Assembly: GCA_030603385.1 (NCBI GenBank)
Contig: JAUVXW010000012.1
Coordinates: 28,015-92,014 of the forward strand
DNA length: 64,000 bases
Source: Promethearchaeota archaeon
GTDB taxonomy: Archaea; Asgardarchaeota; Lokiarchaeia; Sigyniarchaeales; SOKP01
Direction of reading: 5' to 3'
Every line of letters begins with the position of its first letter. The stretch's first letter is position 1. Position numbers and translations under genes: made by a program. Shown here in pieces: positions 1 to 9,011 of this stretch. Below the pieces are notes generated by a model that saw only the letters and a list, made by a program, of their open reading frames with translations, did not search any database and was not told where the DNA came from.

Positions 1-114
1 AGGCAAAATAAAGATAGAAAGGATTATCCCTGCTAGGATATCTCCAATAATTGATACTGTTTCTGATGGGAAGGTCTCCTTAACGATTTTACCTTTAGTG
101 TCTTGGGTCTCCAT
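1..114 (-). CDS. N-terminal part of a membrane transporter, possibly MgtE-like (runs off window start)
   Basis: Manual translation from ATG at 114: METQDTKGKIVKETFPSETVSIIGDILAGIILSIFILP, open to the edge; hydrophobic helix resembling archaeal MgtE-type permeases; GAGGA upstream. Confidence 0.45.
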   Translation of the reverse strand, partial: METQDTKGKIVKETFPSETVSIIGDILAGIILSIFILP

Positions 115-520
115 ATGCCATCCTCATCAGAATCTTTTGTTAAAGAAATTTGATTTACAGCCATTTTTTTTTTAATAAACCTAAGACTTTGTTTAATTAA
201 AAACTTATTATTATTATATTTTAATTTACTATTTTATTTAAATATTAGTTGTGCCTAGATCCATTTTATCAATTGTTAAATACATATTAATTGAATAACT
301 TTACAACGAATAAATCATTGGTTATACTATTCTTTAAGTTTACAAAGATGTTATTTAATAAAATATTAAATATTTTTAGAATTATTAGTAAAATCTTCAA
401 TTAGAAATTTAGAAATATCTAATCTTTAATATAAAAGAAACATTTTTTATTTGAAAAAACCAATTCTTAAATATATTTTAGGATAGATAATGTAAAAATA
501 ATTATTAGAGTAATAATCTT

Positions 521-2173
521 TTGAGTCTTTGGAAGGTCATCGCTAAGAATGAAATACGATTAAAGACAAGTCGATTTAGAAAAAGACGGAGATTATTTTT
601 TATCATAATTTTTTCAATTTTTCTATTTTGGGGAATATATTTAGGACCTGCTCTATTTGATGCAATTTTACCAGAAATTTTAAAAGGTTTTATTGAAGAA
701 TATGGATCTTTTATTATTCCATTAATTGAATACATTTTTACTTCTTTGTTTCTAATGTATGTGATGTATCCTCTTTTTATTCTCTTTAGAAAAACTGAAA
801 TAAAAAATAAAGAAATCTTACTTTCTTCTCCAGTCAAACCAGGTGATATTTTCCTTGGTGAATTTCTTGGACGTTTTCCTTCTTATTTCCTATTTCTTTT
901 AGGAATCGGTCCATTTGGTATATCATTAGTTGCACAGGTTAATCCTCAAATAACCCTTTTCCATCATCTAGTTTTCTATTTAAGCTTTTTTATGATGTCC
1001 ATTTTCGGTTCCTTAATAGGGGCTATAATTGCTAATTGGATTGAATCTAAATTTTTAAATAACAGGAAATTGCAAAATTTTGGGAAGATAGCACTGATTA
1101 TATTGGCTATAACTATTATTGGATCTTTTTATATCATTCATTATATATTTGAATTGATAATTACTTATCCAGAGCTCAAAAGATACCTATTCTTTTATCC
1201 TTCATTTTGGTATTCAAATATAATTCTGTATTTCATAGATCCAATTTTTATAAAATCATATAGCTTAAATCTTTGGGTAAATATTGGCTTAGGAATAGTT
1301 TTACCAAGCTTAATTTTATATATTTCATATAAAAAAGCACATTCCTTTTATGAATTAAAGAATAGAGATATAGCTGATTTAAGATTCTTTGTTCAAGAAA
1401 AAAAATATCACGACATTATAAGAAAAATCACCCCTAGGAAGTATAAAGGATTAGTTTTATTTCAAAGTAAGGTGTTTTTTAGAAGTAAAGAAAATACCTT
1501 AAAATTATTATATATCTCTGGTATTATTGTAATATTTGGGTTGTTGACGTCACTTTCTGTAGTAGAGGGTTCAGTTATTCTTGAAGAGTTTTTATCAAGC
1601 TTTCCTATTGAAACCCAAATTACTATAGATAAAAATTTAATGATATTAGTCTTATCATGGACAGGTGGAATAATTGTTGGGCTTTTCTTAGGGATGCACG
1701 TTTTTATAGATTCAAAAGATTTATTACAAGTTTACCAGAAATCACTTGTAGGAGTAAAAGGACTAATATTTTCATATCTATTCAGCCAAATCTTCCTAAT
1801 AATCTTCCTTGATATCCTTATGACAATTTTTTTTACAGTAGTCTTTCAATTAGAAATTATGTTTGTACTACTTTTTTTTACTACTTTCTTTATTAATAGT
1901 AGTATTGTCCTTTCACATGCAGTTGGTATTCAGGGTATTAGACCTTTATTTGAAGAAAAACGTAAAAATATGCTTTTTAATAATTACACAGTGATACTTT
2001 TACAAATATTATCATTATATCTTTCCCTTTACATCTTTATCCCATTATTTCCAGCATTAATAGATGTTGTAGTTGGGTTTTTCATTATTTTTATAATAAA
2101 TCTAGGTATTTCTCTAATATTTAGCATCTTAATATTACATCTTGGGATTCAAAGATTAAACAAAATAGAATAA
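521..2173 (+). CDS. Polytopic membrane protein, putative ABC-2-type exporter permease
   Basis: 550 aa, many hydrophobic segments in two halves; 'EILLSSPVKPGDIFLGEFL' resembles the ABC-2 permease loop. Confidence 0.6.
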   Translation: MSLWKVIAKNEIRLKTSRFRKRRRLFFIIIFSIFLFWGIYLGPALFDAILPEILKGFIEEYGSFIIPLIEYIFTSLFLMYVMYPLFILFRKTEIKNKEILLSSPVKPGDIFLGEFLGRFPSYFLFLLGIGPFGISLVAQVNPQITLFHHLVFYLSFFMMSIFGSLIGAIIANWIESKFLNNRKLQNFGKIALIILAITIIGSFYIIHYIFELIITYPELKRYLFFYPSFWYSNIILYFIDPIFIKSYSLNLWVNIGLGIVLPSLILYISYKKAHSFYELKNRDIADLRFFVQEKKYHDIIRKITPRKYKGLVLFQSKVFFRSKENTLKLLYISGIIVIFGLLTSLSVVEGSVILEEFLSSFPIETQITIDKNLMILVLSWTGGIIVGLFLGMHVFIDSKDLLQVYQKSLVGVKGLIFSYLFSQIFLIIFLDILMTIFFTVVFQLEIMFVLLFFTTFFINSSIVLSHAVGIQGIRPLFEEKRKNMLFNNYTVILLQILSLYLSLYIFIPLFPALIDVVVGFFIIFIINLGISLIFSILILHLGIQRLNKIE

Positions 2174-2175
2174 AA

Positions 2176-2451
2176 TTAATACATTCTTTTTTTAGAGTTA
2201 ATAACTTTCTTTACGCATTGATATAACACATTTATTGTTAAAGGTATAAGTAAGAATACAAAACCTAATGGATTAAAAAGAAAGTAATTAGTTAATGAAA
2301 AAATAATCTCTAATGGATCAAAAAAAAATAATTGAATAAGTAAAAATAAATAAATAGCAGCACCAAATATAAAAAAGAAAGTATTTGACTTCACGGTTGA
2401 TAAATATATTAATAAAAAGAATAAAAAAATCACAGAATCTATAAACTCCAT
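2176..2451 (-). CDS. Small membrane protein, hypothetical
   Basis: 91 aa, about three hydrophobic helices and a basic tail. Confidence 0.5.
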   Translation of the reverse strand: MEFIDSVIFLFFLLIYLSTVKSNTFFFIFGAAIYLFLLIQLFFFDPLEIIFSLTNYFLFNPLGFVFLLIPLTINVLYQCVKKVINSKKRMY

Positions 2452-2501
2452 TTTAGTTTTAAAAATTAAAAATTATATAAAAAAAAAAGAAAATATTATA
2501 T

Positions 2502-3335
2502 TTATACTTTAAACCTATTTTTTTTCCTTATTGAAAGTATTACCCCAATACATACAGCAGTAGTAATACCTATAATCATTGGAAGTTCATATCCAGGGAT
2601 TTCTCCTTCATCTCCGATATTGACTGACAATATGGTTCCTCCTCCATAGGTAATTTTAGCTGTATTAAAAACACCTTTTTGGTCCCACGTAGCAAAAATT
2701 TCCATTTGTTGTAATGTAATAGTCTCAACTGTTTGTGAGGGCATTGTTATTTTAAAACCATTTCCATATACTTCAGTGGTTATACCTGACATTCCTGGTA
2801 AAAACGAATACAGGGCTTCTAAAGCTTGAACCTCTTGAGTCCAATTTAAATTTAAAGGTACAATTAACATAGGAATGCTACTCTCAACATATGAGGGTAA
2901 AACCTCATGATTTATAGCGTTTATTGTATCATTGAAGTAATTGGCTGTATTGTTATTTAATACGAATATAGTAAAATAATGTCCAGGAAGGGTCATTGGA
3001 ACATCTCCATACCCAGGTACAGCCATTGTTATTGATATATTGATCAACGTATAATCGTATAAACTACCAACGATCTCATCACTGATCCATTCTATTTTAG
3101 CTTTAATTGTAGTGTCAGACATAGTTTCAAACGGTGTTAAATCAATAGGAAGAGTTTCGTTCATATCATCTATGAGATTTTGTAGATTATTTATATTTAT
3201 GTGAATTTTCCATGAATATTCTTCTCCTACTTGAACACCAATGTAATCTGGAGGAGCCGCAGTAGAAAAATTAACAAAAGGAATTAGAACCAAAGCAAAA
3301 AAAATAGAAATACATACTATCCTTGTTTTTCTCAT
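2502..3335 (-). CDS. Cell-surface protein with signal peptide and C-terminal IPGY-TM-basic sorting tail
   Basis: N-terminal signal peptide; ends GEIPGYELPMIIGITTAVCIGVILSIRKKNRFKV (PGF-CTERM-like layout). Confidence 0.75.
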   Translation of the reverse strand: MRKTRIVCISIFFALVLIPFVNFSTAAPPDYIGVQVGEEYSWKIHININNLQNLIDDMNETLPIDLTPFETMSDTTIKAKIEWISDEIVGSLYDYTLINISITMAVPGYGDVPMTLPGHYFTIFVLNNNTANYFNDTINAINHEVLPSYVESSIPMLIVPLNLNWTQEVQALEALYSFLPGMSGITTEVYGNGFKITMPSQTVETITLQQMEIFATWDQKGVFNTAKITYGGGTILSVNIGDEGEIPGYELPMIIGITTAVCIGVILSIRKKNRFKV

Positions 3336-3473
3336 TTTTTCTTACCTAAAATCTCTTTTTTTTTTTAAAATATAGAAAGATATTGACATATATATACTAC
3401 TTTGATTATATAAATTTATCAGTGTATTCCGAAGACAATTTATATATTAATGTAAATATCATTTTAATTAATA

Positions 3474-4184
3474 ATGCGCCCATCCAAGTATGAATCAAGA
3501 TTTAAAGCAGGAGAGTTATTAGCAAGTTTTATTAGTAAAGAAGATAAAACCCTAAATGATCTTATAATAAGAGATCCTAACTTTTTTTTTTGTTTTGCGA
3601 TTCCAAATGGAGGTGTGCCAGTTACAGAGGGCTTTTGCTCTAAATATAATTTATATTATGATATATTAATAGTTCGAAAAATTAAGATTCCCTATAATAC
3701 AGAAGCAGGTTTTGGTTCTGTGACTACGGATGGGACAATTTTAATTAATGAAAAGCTATTATCCCGCTTAAATTTGTCAGAACAAGTCGTTAGAGATTCA
3801 ATAGAATTAACAAAGACAGAAATCAGGGAGAGATTAAAATTCTATAATAAAGAACTTGGCTCAGAGAAATTTTATGCTAATCAAATTCAAAAGAAACGCA
3901 TTTTTATTCTTGACGATGGACTAGCTTCAGGATTTACAATGTTGGCAGCTATTAACATGATAAAGAAGTATAATCCGGAAAAAATCTATATAGCCGTTCC
4001 AACGGCACCATTAAGAACAGTTAAAAATGTTAAAACTGAAGTATATGAAATTTTTTGTCCAAATATCAGAGAAGTGTTATGGTTTGCTGTTGCTGATGCA
4101 TATAAAAATTGGTATGATGTGCCTGAATCAGAGGTACTCGAATTAATCAACAATTCAAAATTCTATATTACTGAAACAGGATAA
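3474..4184 (+). CDS. Phosphoribosyltransferase family protein
   Basis: PRPP-binding loop ILDDGLASGFTM; AIPNGGVPV and VRKIKIP..EAGFG motifs. Confidence 0.85.
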   Translation: MRPSKYESRFKAGELLASFISKEDKTLNDLIIRDPNFFFCFAIPNGGVPVTEGFCSKYNLYYDILIVRKIKIPYNTEAGFGSVTTDGTILINEKLLSRLNLSEQVVRDSIELTKTEIRERLKFYNKELGSEKFYANQIQKKRIFILDDGLASGFTMLAAINMIKKYNPEKIYIAVPTAPLRTVKNVKTEVYEIFCPNIREVLWFAVADAYKNWYDVPESEVLELINNSKFYITETG

Positions 4185-4249
4185 GGATAATAATACCATT
4201 TGATTTTAAGATGATACGATATTAAAAGAAAAGTAAAAAAAAATAAATT

Positions 4250-4525
4250 TTAGGCACTAAGCAAACGGAACAATATTGAAGCATGTGGTATAAAGAACTC
4301 ATCTTTCCTCTTTATCACCACTGTGTGAAAATACTCAGCAAGGCCGAGAAAACCTCGAATTACTGATTCATCTTCTTCAAACCTGAAAATTACTGAAGCG
4401 ATAGCTGCTCCCGTACTGAAATTGACCTTATCATACACTCTCTCATCAATCAAAGGAATTTTGAGTTCATTGACAATTTCATAGACCCTTTTTATGAAAA
4501 GTTCTCTCTTTGGCATTTTAATCAA
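4250..4525 (-). CDS. Hypothetical protein, divergent from the proline-rich gene
   Basis: 91 aa ORF with globular alpha/beta-like composition. Confidence 0.65.
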   Translation of the reverse strand: MIKMPKRELFIKRVYEIVNELKIPLIDERVYDKVNFSTGAAIASVIFRFEEDESVIRGFLGLAEYFHTVVIKRKDEFFIPHASILFRLLSA

Positions 4526-4781
4526 CTTTTTTATATTAATTCAATTCAGAAGAAATTTTTAGATGATTGAATTTTTTAATAATTTTTATGATATATAATA
4601 TTATTAGGTTTTTTAATAATTAACGTTTTTTTAAAATTATAGAATATTTAGAATTTCAGATTCATTCACGGATGGAATAAAAATATAAATACATATTAAT
4701 ATAACTTAAGTATAAAAGTTATTACTTAGTAATAAAAAAATTTATCAAATTTTCAATAATAGCAGAGGAATTGAGTAGAAC

Positions 4782-5480
4782 GTGGTTTCAAAAGAGCATA
4801 AAAAAATCGAACGCGTTATAAATTTTATGAAAAAGGGGTTAACTTCTTTAGCTGATGATCTCGATGAAACAGTTAAAGGAATTAATGATTTTATTAAATC
4901 TTTGGGTAAAGCTCAAAAGGATTTGAAGGAAATTACTGTTGGAGAAGTAATCCAAACAGTCAGTACTTCCTCGAAAAAAGTAGTAACAACCTCAACTGGC
5001 GAAGCGAAAACAGCAGCAGCTAGTACATTATTCACTTTATTGAGTGGAAGTGGTGGAGCACCCGCACCAGCAACACCTGCAGCTCCACCTGTGTCCGCAG
5101 TACCTGCACCACCTGCACCCCCTAGTGGAGGTGGGCCCCCAACTGCCCCACCAACTGGGCCACCGAAGGCAGGAGGAAGTCCTCCTAAAAGACCCAATTT
5201 ACCACCAGCACCAAGATTACCACCTAGTGGCGGTGGACCCCCAAAAGCACCTAGTGGACCACCCGGTGCACCACCAAAAGCCCCTGCTTTTGCTAAAAGA
5301 CCAGTAACGCCTGGTGCCCCACCCAGTGGAGGACCCCCTAGTGCGGGACCACCCAAACCCCCAGGAGCTCCAGCAGCAGCACCCGCGGCTGCAGCACAAG
5401 TCGGTGGAGGTTTAGGCTCACTAAGAGATGAAATGTTGGACGAGTTGAATAGATTAAAGAAAATTATGCGCGGAGAGTGA
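4782..5480 (+). CDS. Coiled-coil / proline-rich protein with C-terminal WH2-like motif (candidate actin regulator)
   Basis: N-terminal heptad region; long Pro/Gly/Ala tract; C-terminus SLRDEMLDELNRLKKI; GAGGA upstream of the GTG start. Confidence 0.7.
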   Translation: MVSKEHKKIERVINFMKKGLTSLADDLDETVKGINDFIKSLGKAQKDLKEITVGEVIQTVSTSSKKVVTTSTGEAKTAAASTLFTLLSGSGGAPAPATPAAPPVSAVPAPPAPPSGGGPPTAPPTGPPKAGGSPPKRPNLPPAPRLPPSGGGPPKAPSGPPGAPPKAPAFAKRPVTPGAPPSGGPPSAGPPKPPGAPAAAPAAAAQVGGGLGSLRDEMLDELNRLKKIMRGE

Positions 5481-5509
5481 CCAATTCTTCGGTCTGGCAG
5501 AGTTGGTCA
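5478..5509 (+). terminator. Stem-loop starting at the stop codon of the proline-rich gene
   Basis: TGACCAATTCT (5478-5488) pairs with AGAGTTGGTCA (5499-5509): 11 bp with one G-U pair, 10-nt loop. Confidence 0.4.
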
Positions 5510-5834
5510 ACACGGTTCGCATCCAAGGCAATAAGTTTAACAGAAATACGTCCTACTCCATGTAAAAGCTTTTTTTCTTAAAATATATTTTTCTCTAATT
5601 TTCTGATTAATTTTGAGACATATATTAACTTGAGAGTGTTCTTCGCCCCTCACGGCAAAACAATAGCAATCAAGCTGGTTATGAGAATTAAAGACCTGTA
5701 CTGCATTTCCAAGCGTAATCACCACAATGTCAGATTCTTCTATATCATCTTTCGCATTAGATACTTGCCTTTCTAATAACCCTAATCGCTCCAGTATTCT
5801 TTCTAACAAATCTCCAGAAAAAGCTAAAAGATTC

Positions 5835-5908
5835 TTTGATTCTGTACAGGCAGACTTGGAAGAATTGAATGATGAAGATTAAATACGCTAGTAAAATATA
5901 TTAATATA
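5835..5908 (+). repeat. Direct repeat copy A (orphan gene 3' end FDSVQADLEELNDED*)
   Basis: 66/74 nt identical to 8548-8621 by manual alignment. Confidence 0.9.
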
Positions 5909-5983
5909 TTTGGATTAAATTTCAGGATTGCCACTAACTATTTTATATAACATAAGTTATAGATCTATGTTCTGATTACATAA

Positions 5984-8560
5984 GTGTTAAATACAAAAGA
6001 TCCAATTCTTTATTATAATTCAATGACTTTTTTGTGGAATCGAATGAAAGAACACACAATATCAAAATTAGTTTTAATTATAGTAGGAATATTATTTGCT
6101 TCAATACATATTAATGGCAATAAGAAAGTTCTTAATATTATAAATGAAGAAAATCAAATTGAAAGAGATTATTTAGAAAGTGCTAATGATAATTGGGAGC
6201 CAGAACTCACTAGATCTGTTGGAGATGAGCCTCATAGTGTGTTTGTTGGTGATGCGAATAATGATGGGTATAACGATATTGTAACCTCTAATGTGAATGA
6301 TGATGATGTTTCAATTCTTTTATGGAATCCAATCTCGAGCGATTGGTATGCACAATTCACGAAACCTGTTGGTGATGGACCTGATGAAGTTTTTATTGGT
6401 GATGCGAATAATGATAGGTATAATGATATTGTAACCGTTAATATGTTTAGTGATGATGTCTCAATTTTATTATGGAATCCAATCTCGGGTGATTGGGATC
6501 CACAAATTACAAAAGCAGTCGGAGATTGGCCTTCAGGCCTATTTATAGGAGATGCAAATAATGATGGGTATAATGATATTATAAACACCAATAGCCAACT
6601 TGATGACACTGTTTCAATTCTTTTATGGAATCCAGCATCGGGTGATTGGGATCCACAAATTACAAAATCTGTTGGAAATGGTCCTTCAAGCTCATTTATA
6701 GGTGATGCGAATAATGATGGGTATAATGATATAGTAACCGCTAATTTTTATGATGACGATGTTTCAATTCTTTTATGGAATCCAATATCAGGAGATTGGG
6801 ATGCACAATTCACGAAAACTGTTGGAGATACTCCTACTAGTGTTTTTATTGGTGATGCGAATAATGATGGGTACAATGATATTGCAGCCGCAAGTTTTGG
6901 GTATGATTATGTCTCAATTCTTTTATGGAATCCAATATCGGGAGATTGGGACGAACAACTCAAGGGACCTGTTGGGGATCAACCTGTTTGTGTTTTTATT
7001 GGTGATGCGAATAATGATGGGTATAATGATATTGTAAGTGCTAATCAATGGGATGATACTGCTTCAGTTATTTTATGGAATCCGATATCGGGTGATTGGG
7101 ATGCACAATTCACGAAACCTGTTGGAGAACATCCTTATAGTGTTTCTATTGGTGATGCGAATAATGATGGGTATAATGATATTGTAACCGCAAATATTGT
7201 GGATGATGATATTTCTATTTATTTATGGCGTTATGTGACACCTTCCATTGTGTTACAAACACCAGAAAATAAAGTTTATAAAGCCCCGATGAGCGGATAT
7301 TATCCTGCAACCTATGGATTTGAAAAAAGCGAGATTGGAACTGTTCCGAAAGGATGGTTAAATACTAGTGAATCAGGATGTTCAGTGGAAGTTATTGAAG
7401 AAGTTGGGAATCATAGAAATGTTGTTGAGCTTTATGATCATAGTAATACAACAAGAAGCCACATTTTTAATTCTTTTTCATTGAAATCTCATGGTACAGT
7501 TGAATTTTACATGAGGGCTACCAGTGTGGGATGGTTCTCAGAAGTTTATCTAAGTAAGGAGGGTACTCATTTATTTAGGGTATTGTTTGGTGGTCATTAC
7601 CTCCGAATTTTTAACAATACACAAATTGTAAACTTACTAAATGTGAGTACTCATCAGTGGTATCACATACGCGTTGATTTCCGATGTAGAGCCGCTCCTG
7701 AATACATGGGATTGAATGAGAAGCGATTCAAGATTCATGTTAACGGTCAGGAGTTCGGGCCATATATCATATACAATGACCGCTCACACGCGGGAGTGAA
7801 TAGGATGAATGTCTGGACGGGGGAATACCAACACGATTATCGTTTATATGTGGATGATATTGGATATTCATGGGATCCCAATTATGATATCGGAGATAAT
7901 TTGAATGAGGGATTATTGCTTAGTTTTGATAAGAATTACCCATTTAATTGGATAGGGTATTCTATTGATGGGCTTGCTAGTAAAGCAATTCTGGGTAATG
8001 TATCAATTCCTTTTCCCGAAGATGGTCCACATTCAATACTAGTATTCGGTAAGGATTCTATTGGAAATCTCTATCAATCAGATCCAAGAAATTTTTCAGT
8101 TGATACCCAAATCCCTGAATTCATACAGGTAGAGATTATTTACCAATTTTATTCATTGGATCATTTTAATATAACACTTTTCGTGTCTGATGAGTATGAA
8201 AAGGGTTTAGGGACAGCAAATATTAAAATGTGGTGGGATGGAAATAATGTCTCTGATGATGTTAGAAATTTAGGAGATGGTTATTATTTCATTTCATTAG
8301 AACCTATAACAATCCCTCCAGGGGAAGATCCAATCTTATTAAACATGACAATCTCTGCCACCGGATATAAAGATGAATACTTCGAAGCATATATTACCAT
8401 AGATCCTGATACTTTGGATAAAAATCTCGGAAAAAGTCCTCCAGACGTTCTACTCTTAATACTCATTATAGCAATCACATCAATCATAGGGGGAATCGGA
8501 GTAGCAGTAATTACCGTATTTCTATTGCGAAAAAAAAGCCGATTAAATTTGATACTGTAA
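5984..8560 (+). CDS. FG-GAP/VCBS-repeat beta-propeller cell-surface protein with C-terminal TM anchor
   Basis: Seven ~50-aa repeats carrying GDANNDGYND (DxNxDG Ca-binding loop), then beta-rich domains, a TM helix and an RKK tail; true start may be the internal MKEHT. Confidence 0.85.
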   Translation: MLNTKDPILYYNSMTFLWNRMKEHTISKLVLIIVGILFASIHINGNKKVLNIINEENQIERDYLESANDNWEPELTRSVGDEPHSVFVGDANNDGYNDIVTSNVNDDDVSILLWNPISSDWYAQFTKPVGDGPDEVFIGDANNDRYNDIVTVNMFSDDVSILLWNPISGDWDPQITKAVGDWPSGLFIGDANNDGYNDIINTNSQLDDTVSILLWNPASGDWDPQITKSVGNGPSSSFIGDANNDGYNDIVTANFYDDDVSILLWNPISGDWDAQFTKTVGDTPTSVFIGDANNDGYNDIAAASFGYDYVSILLWNPISGDWDEQLKGPVGDQPVCVFIGDANNDGYNDIVSANQWDDTASVILWNPISGDWDAQFTKPVGEHPYSVSIGDANNDGYNDIVTANIVDDDISIYLWRYVTPSIVLQTPENKVYKAPMSGYYPATYGFEKSEIGTVPKGWLNTSESGCSVEVIEEVGNHRNVVELYDHSNTTRSHIFNSFSLKSHGTVEFYMRATSVGWFSEVYLSKEGTHLFRVLFGGHYLRIFNNTQIVNLLNVSTHQWYHIRVDFRCRAAPEYMGLNEKRFKIHVNGQEFGPYIIYNDRSHAGVNRMNVWTGEYQHDYRLYVDDIGYSWDPNYDIGDNLNEGLLLSFDKNYPFNWIGYSIDGLASKAILGNVSIPFPEDGPHSILVFGKDSIGNLYQSDPRNFSVDTQIPEFIQVEIIYQFYSLDHFNITLFVSDEYEKGLGTANIKMWWDGNNVSDDVRNLGDGYYFISLEPITIPPGEDPILLNMTISATGYKDEYFEAYITIDPDTLDKNLGKSPPDVLLLILIIAITSIIGGIGVAVITVFLLRKKSRLNLIL
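6192..7228 (+). repeat. Seven tandem ~150-bp intragenic repeats (FG-GAP blades)
   Basis: ggtgatgcgaataatgatgggta(t/c)aa(t/c)gatat recurs near-identically at ~150-nt spacing. Confidence 0.9.
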
Positions 8561-8621
8561 AGGCAGATTTGGAAGAATTGAATGATGAAGATTAGATTCA
8601 CTAGTAGAATGTATTAATATA
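8548..8621 (+). repeat. Direct repeat copy B (FDTVKADLEELNDED*), overlapping the FG-GAP stop codon
   Basis: 66/74 nt identical to 5835-5908. Confidence 0.9.
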
Positions 8622-8696
8622 AATCAGTTGTTCAATTTTTTCTTTATATATTTTCCTTCTATTAGTTCATAAAATCGGTTTTAATGTGAAGTATAA

Positions 8697-9011
8697 GTGC
8701 CTGCGATGCAAGATCCTCATAGAAAAAGAACCTTCACCCTCATCCTTTCTCTTTATTTTAGTATCTATTTTTGCTTAAGTACGATTCCCGCTAATATTGA
8801 CAACTTAATTGCTACGTTTGGAGATATCGCCCAATTTGGAATAGGCATAGTGATAATCTGTAAATTACTAGCAGGTACAATCAGCATGCTTTTATTTGGA
8901 TACTATACCGAATATTTTTCAAGAAGAAGTTTAATTAAACTGTGTATCGAAAACTATTCATTAATTTTAAATACTTTTAAAGCAGAAATAAAGATATGTC
9001 AAACGAAATAG
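8697..9011 (+). pseudogene. 5' fragment of an MFS transporter
   Basis: Two TM helices followed by FGYYTEYFSRR (MFS motif A-like), then the sequence degenerates. Confidence 0.55.

Noticed and set aside
4913-5399. Gly-rich antisense ORF and alternative-frame ORFs (4913-5356, 5044-5307, 5217-5399)
   Set aside because: Shadows of the C-rich proline codons of the + strand gene
5491-5524. tRNA-like words (TGGCAGAGTTGGTCAA, GGTTCGCATCC)
   Set aside because: No acceptor stem or anticodon arm, and the spacing is far too short; better explained by the hairpin
5537-5809. 90-aa minus-strand ORF containing DIVVITLG
   Set aside because: Possibly a gene remnant, but it has a TTG start, a low-quality C-terminal half and no assignable family
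6192-7228. Regular repeats as a possible CRISPR array or DGR template
   Set aside because: In-frame ~150-bp coding repeats; no unique spacers, cas genes or reverse transcriptase
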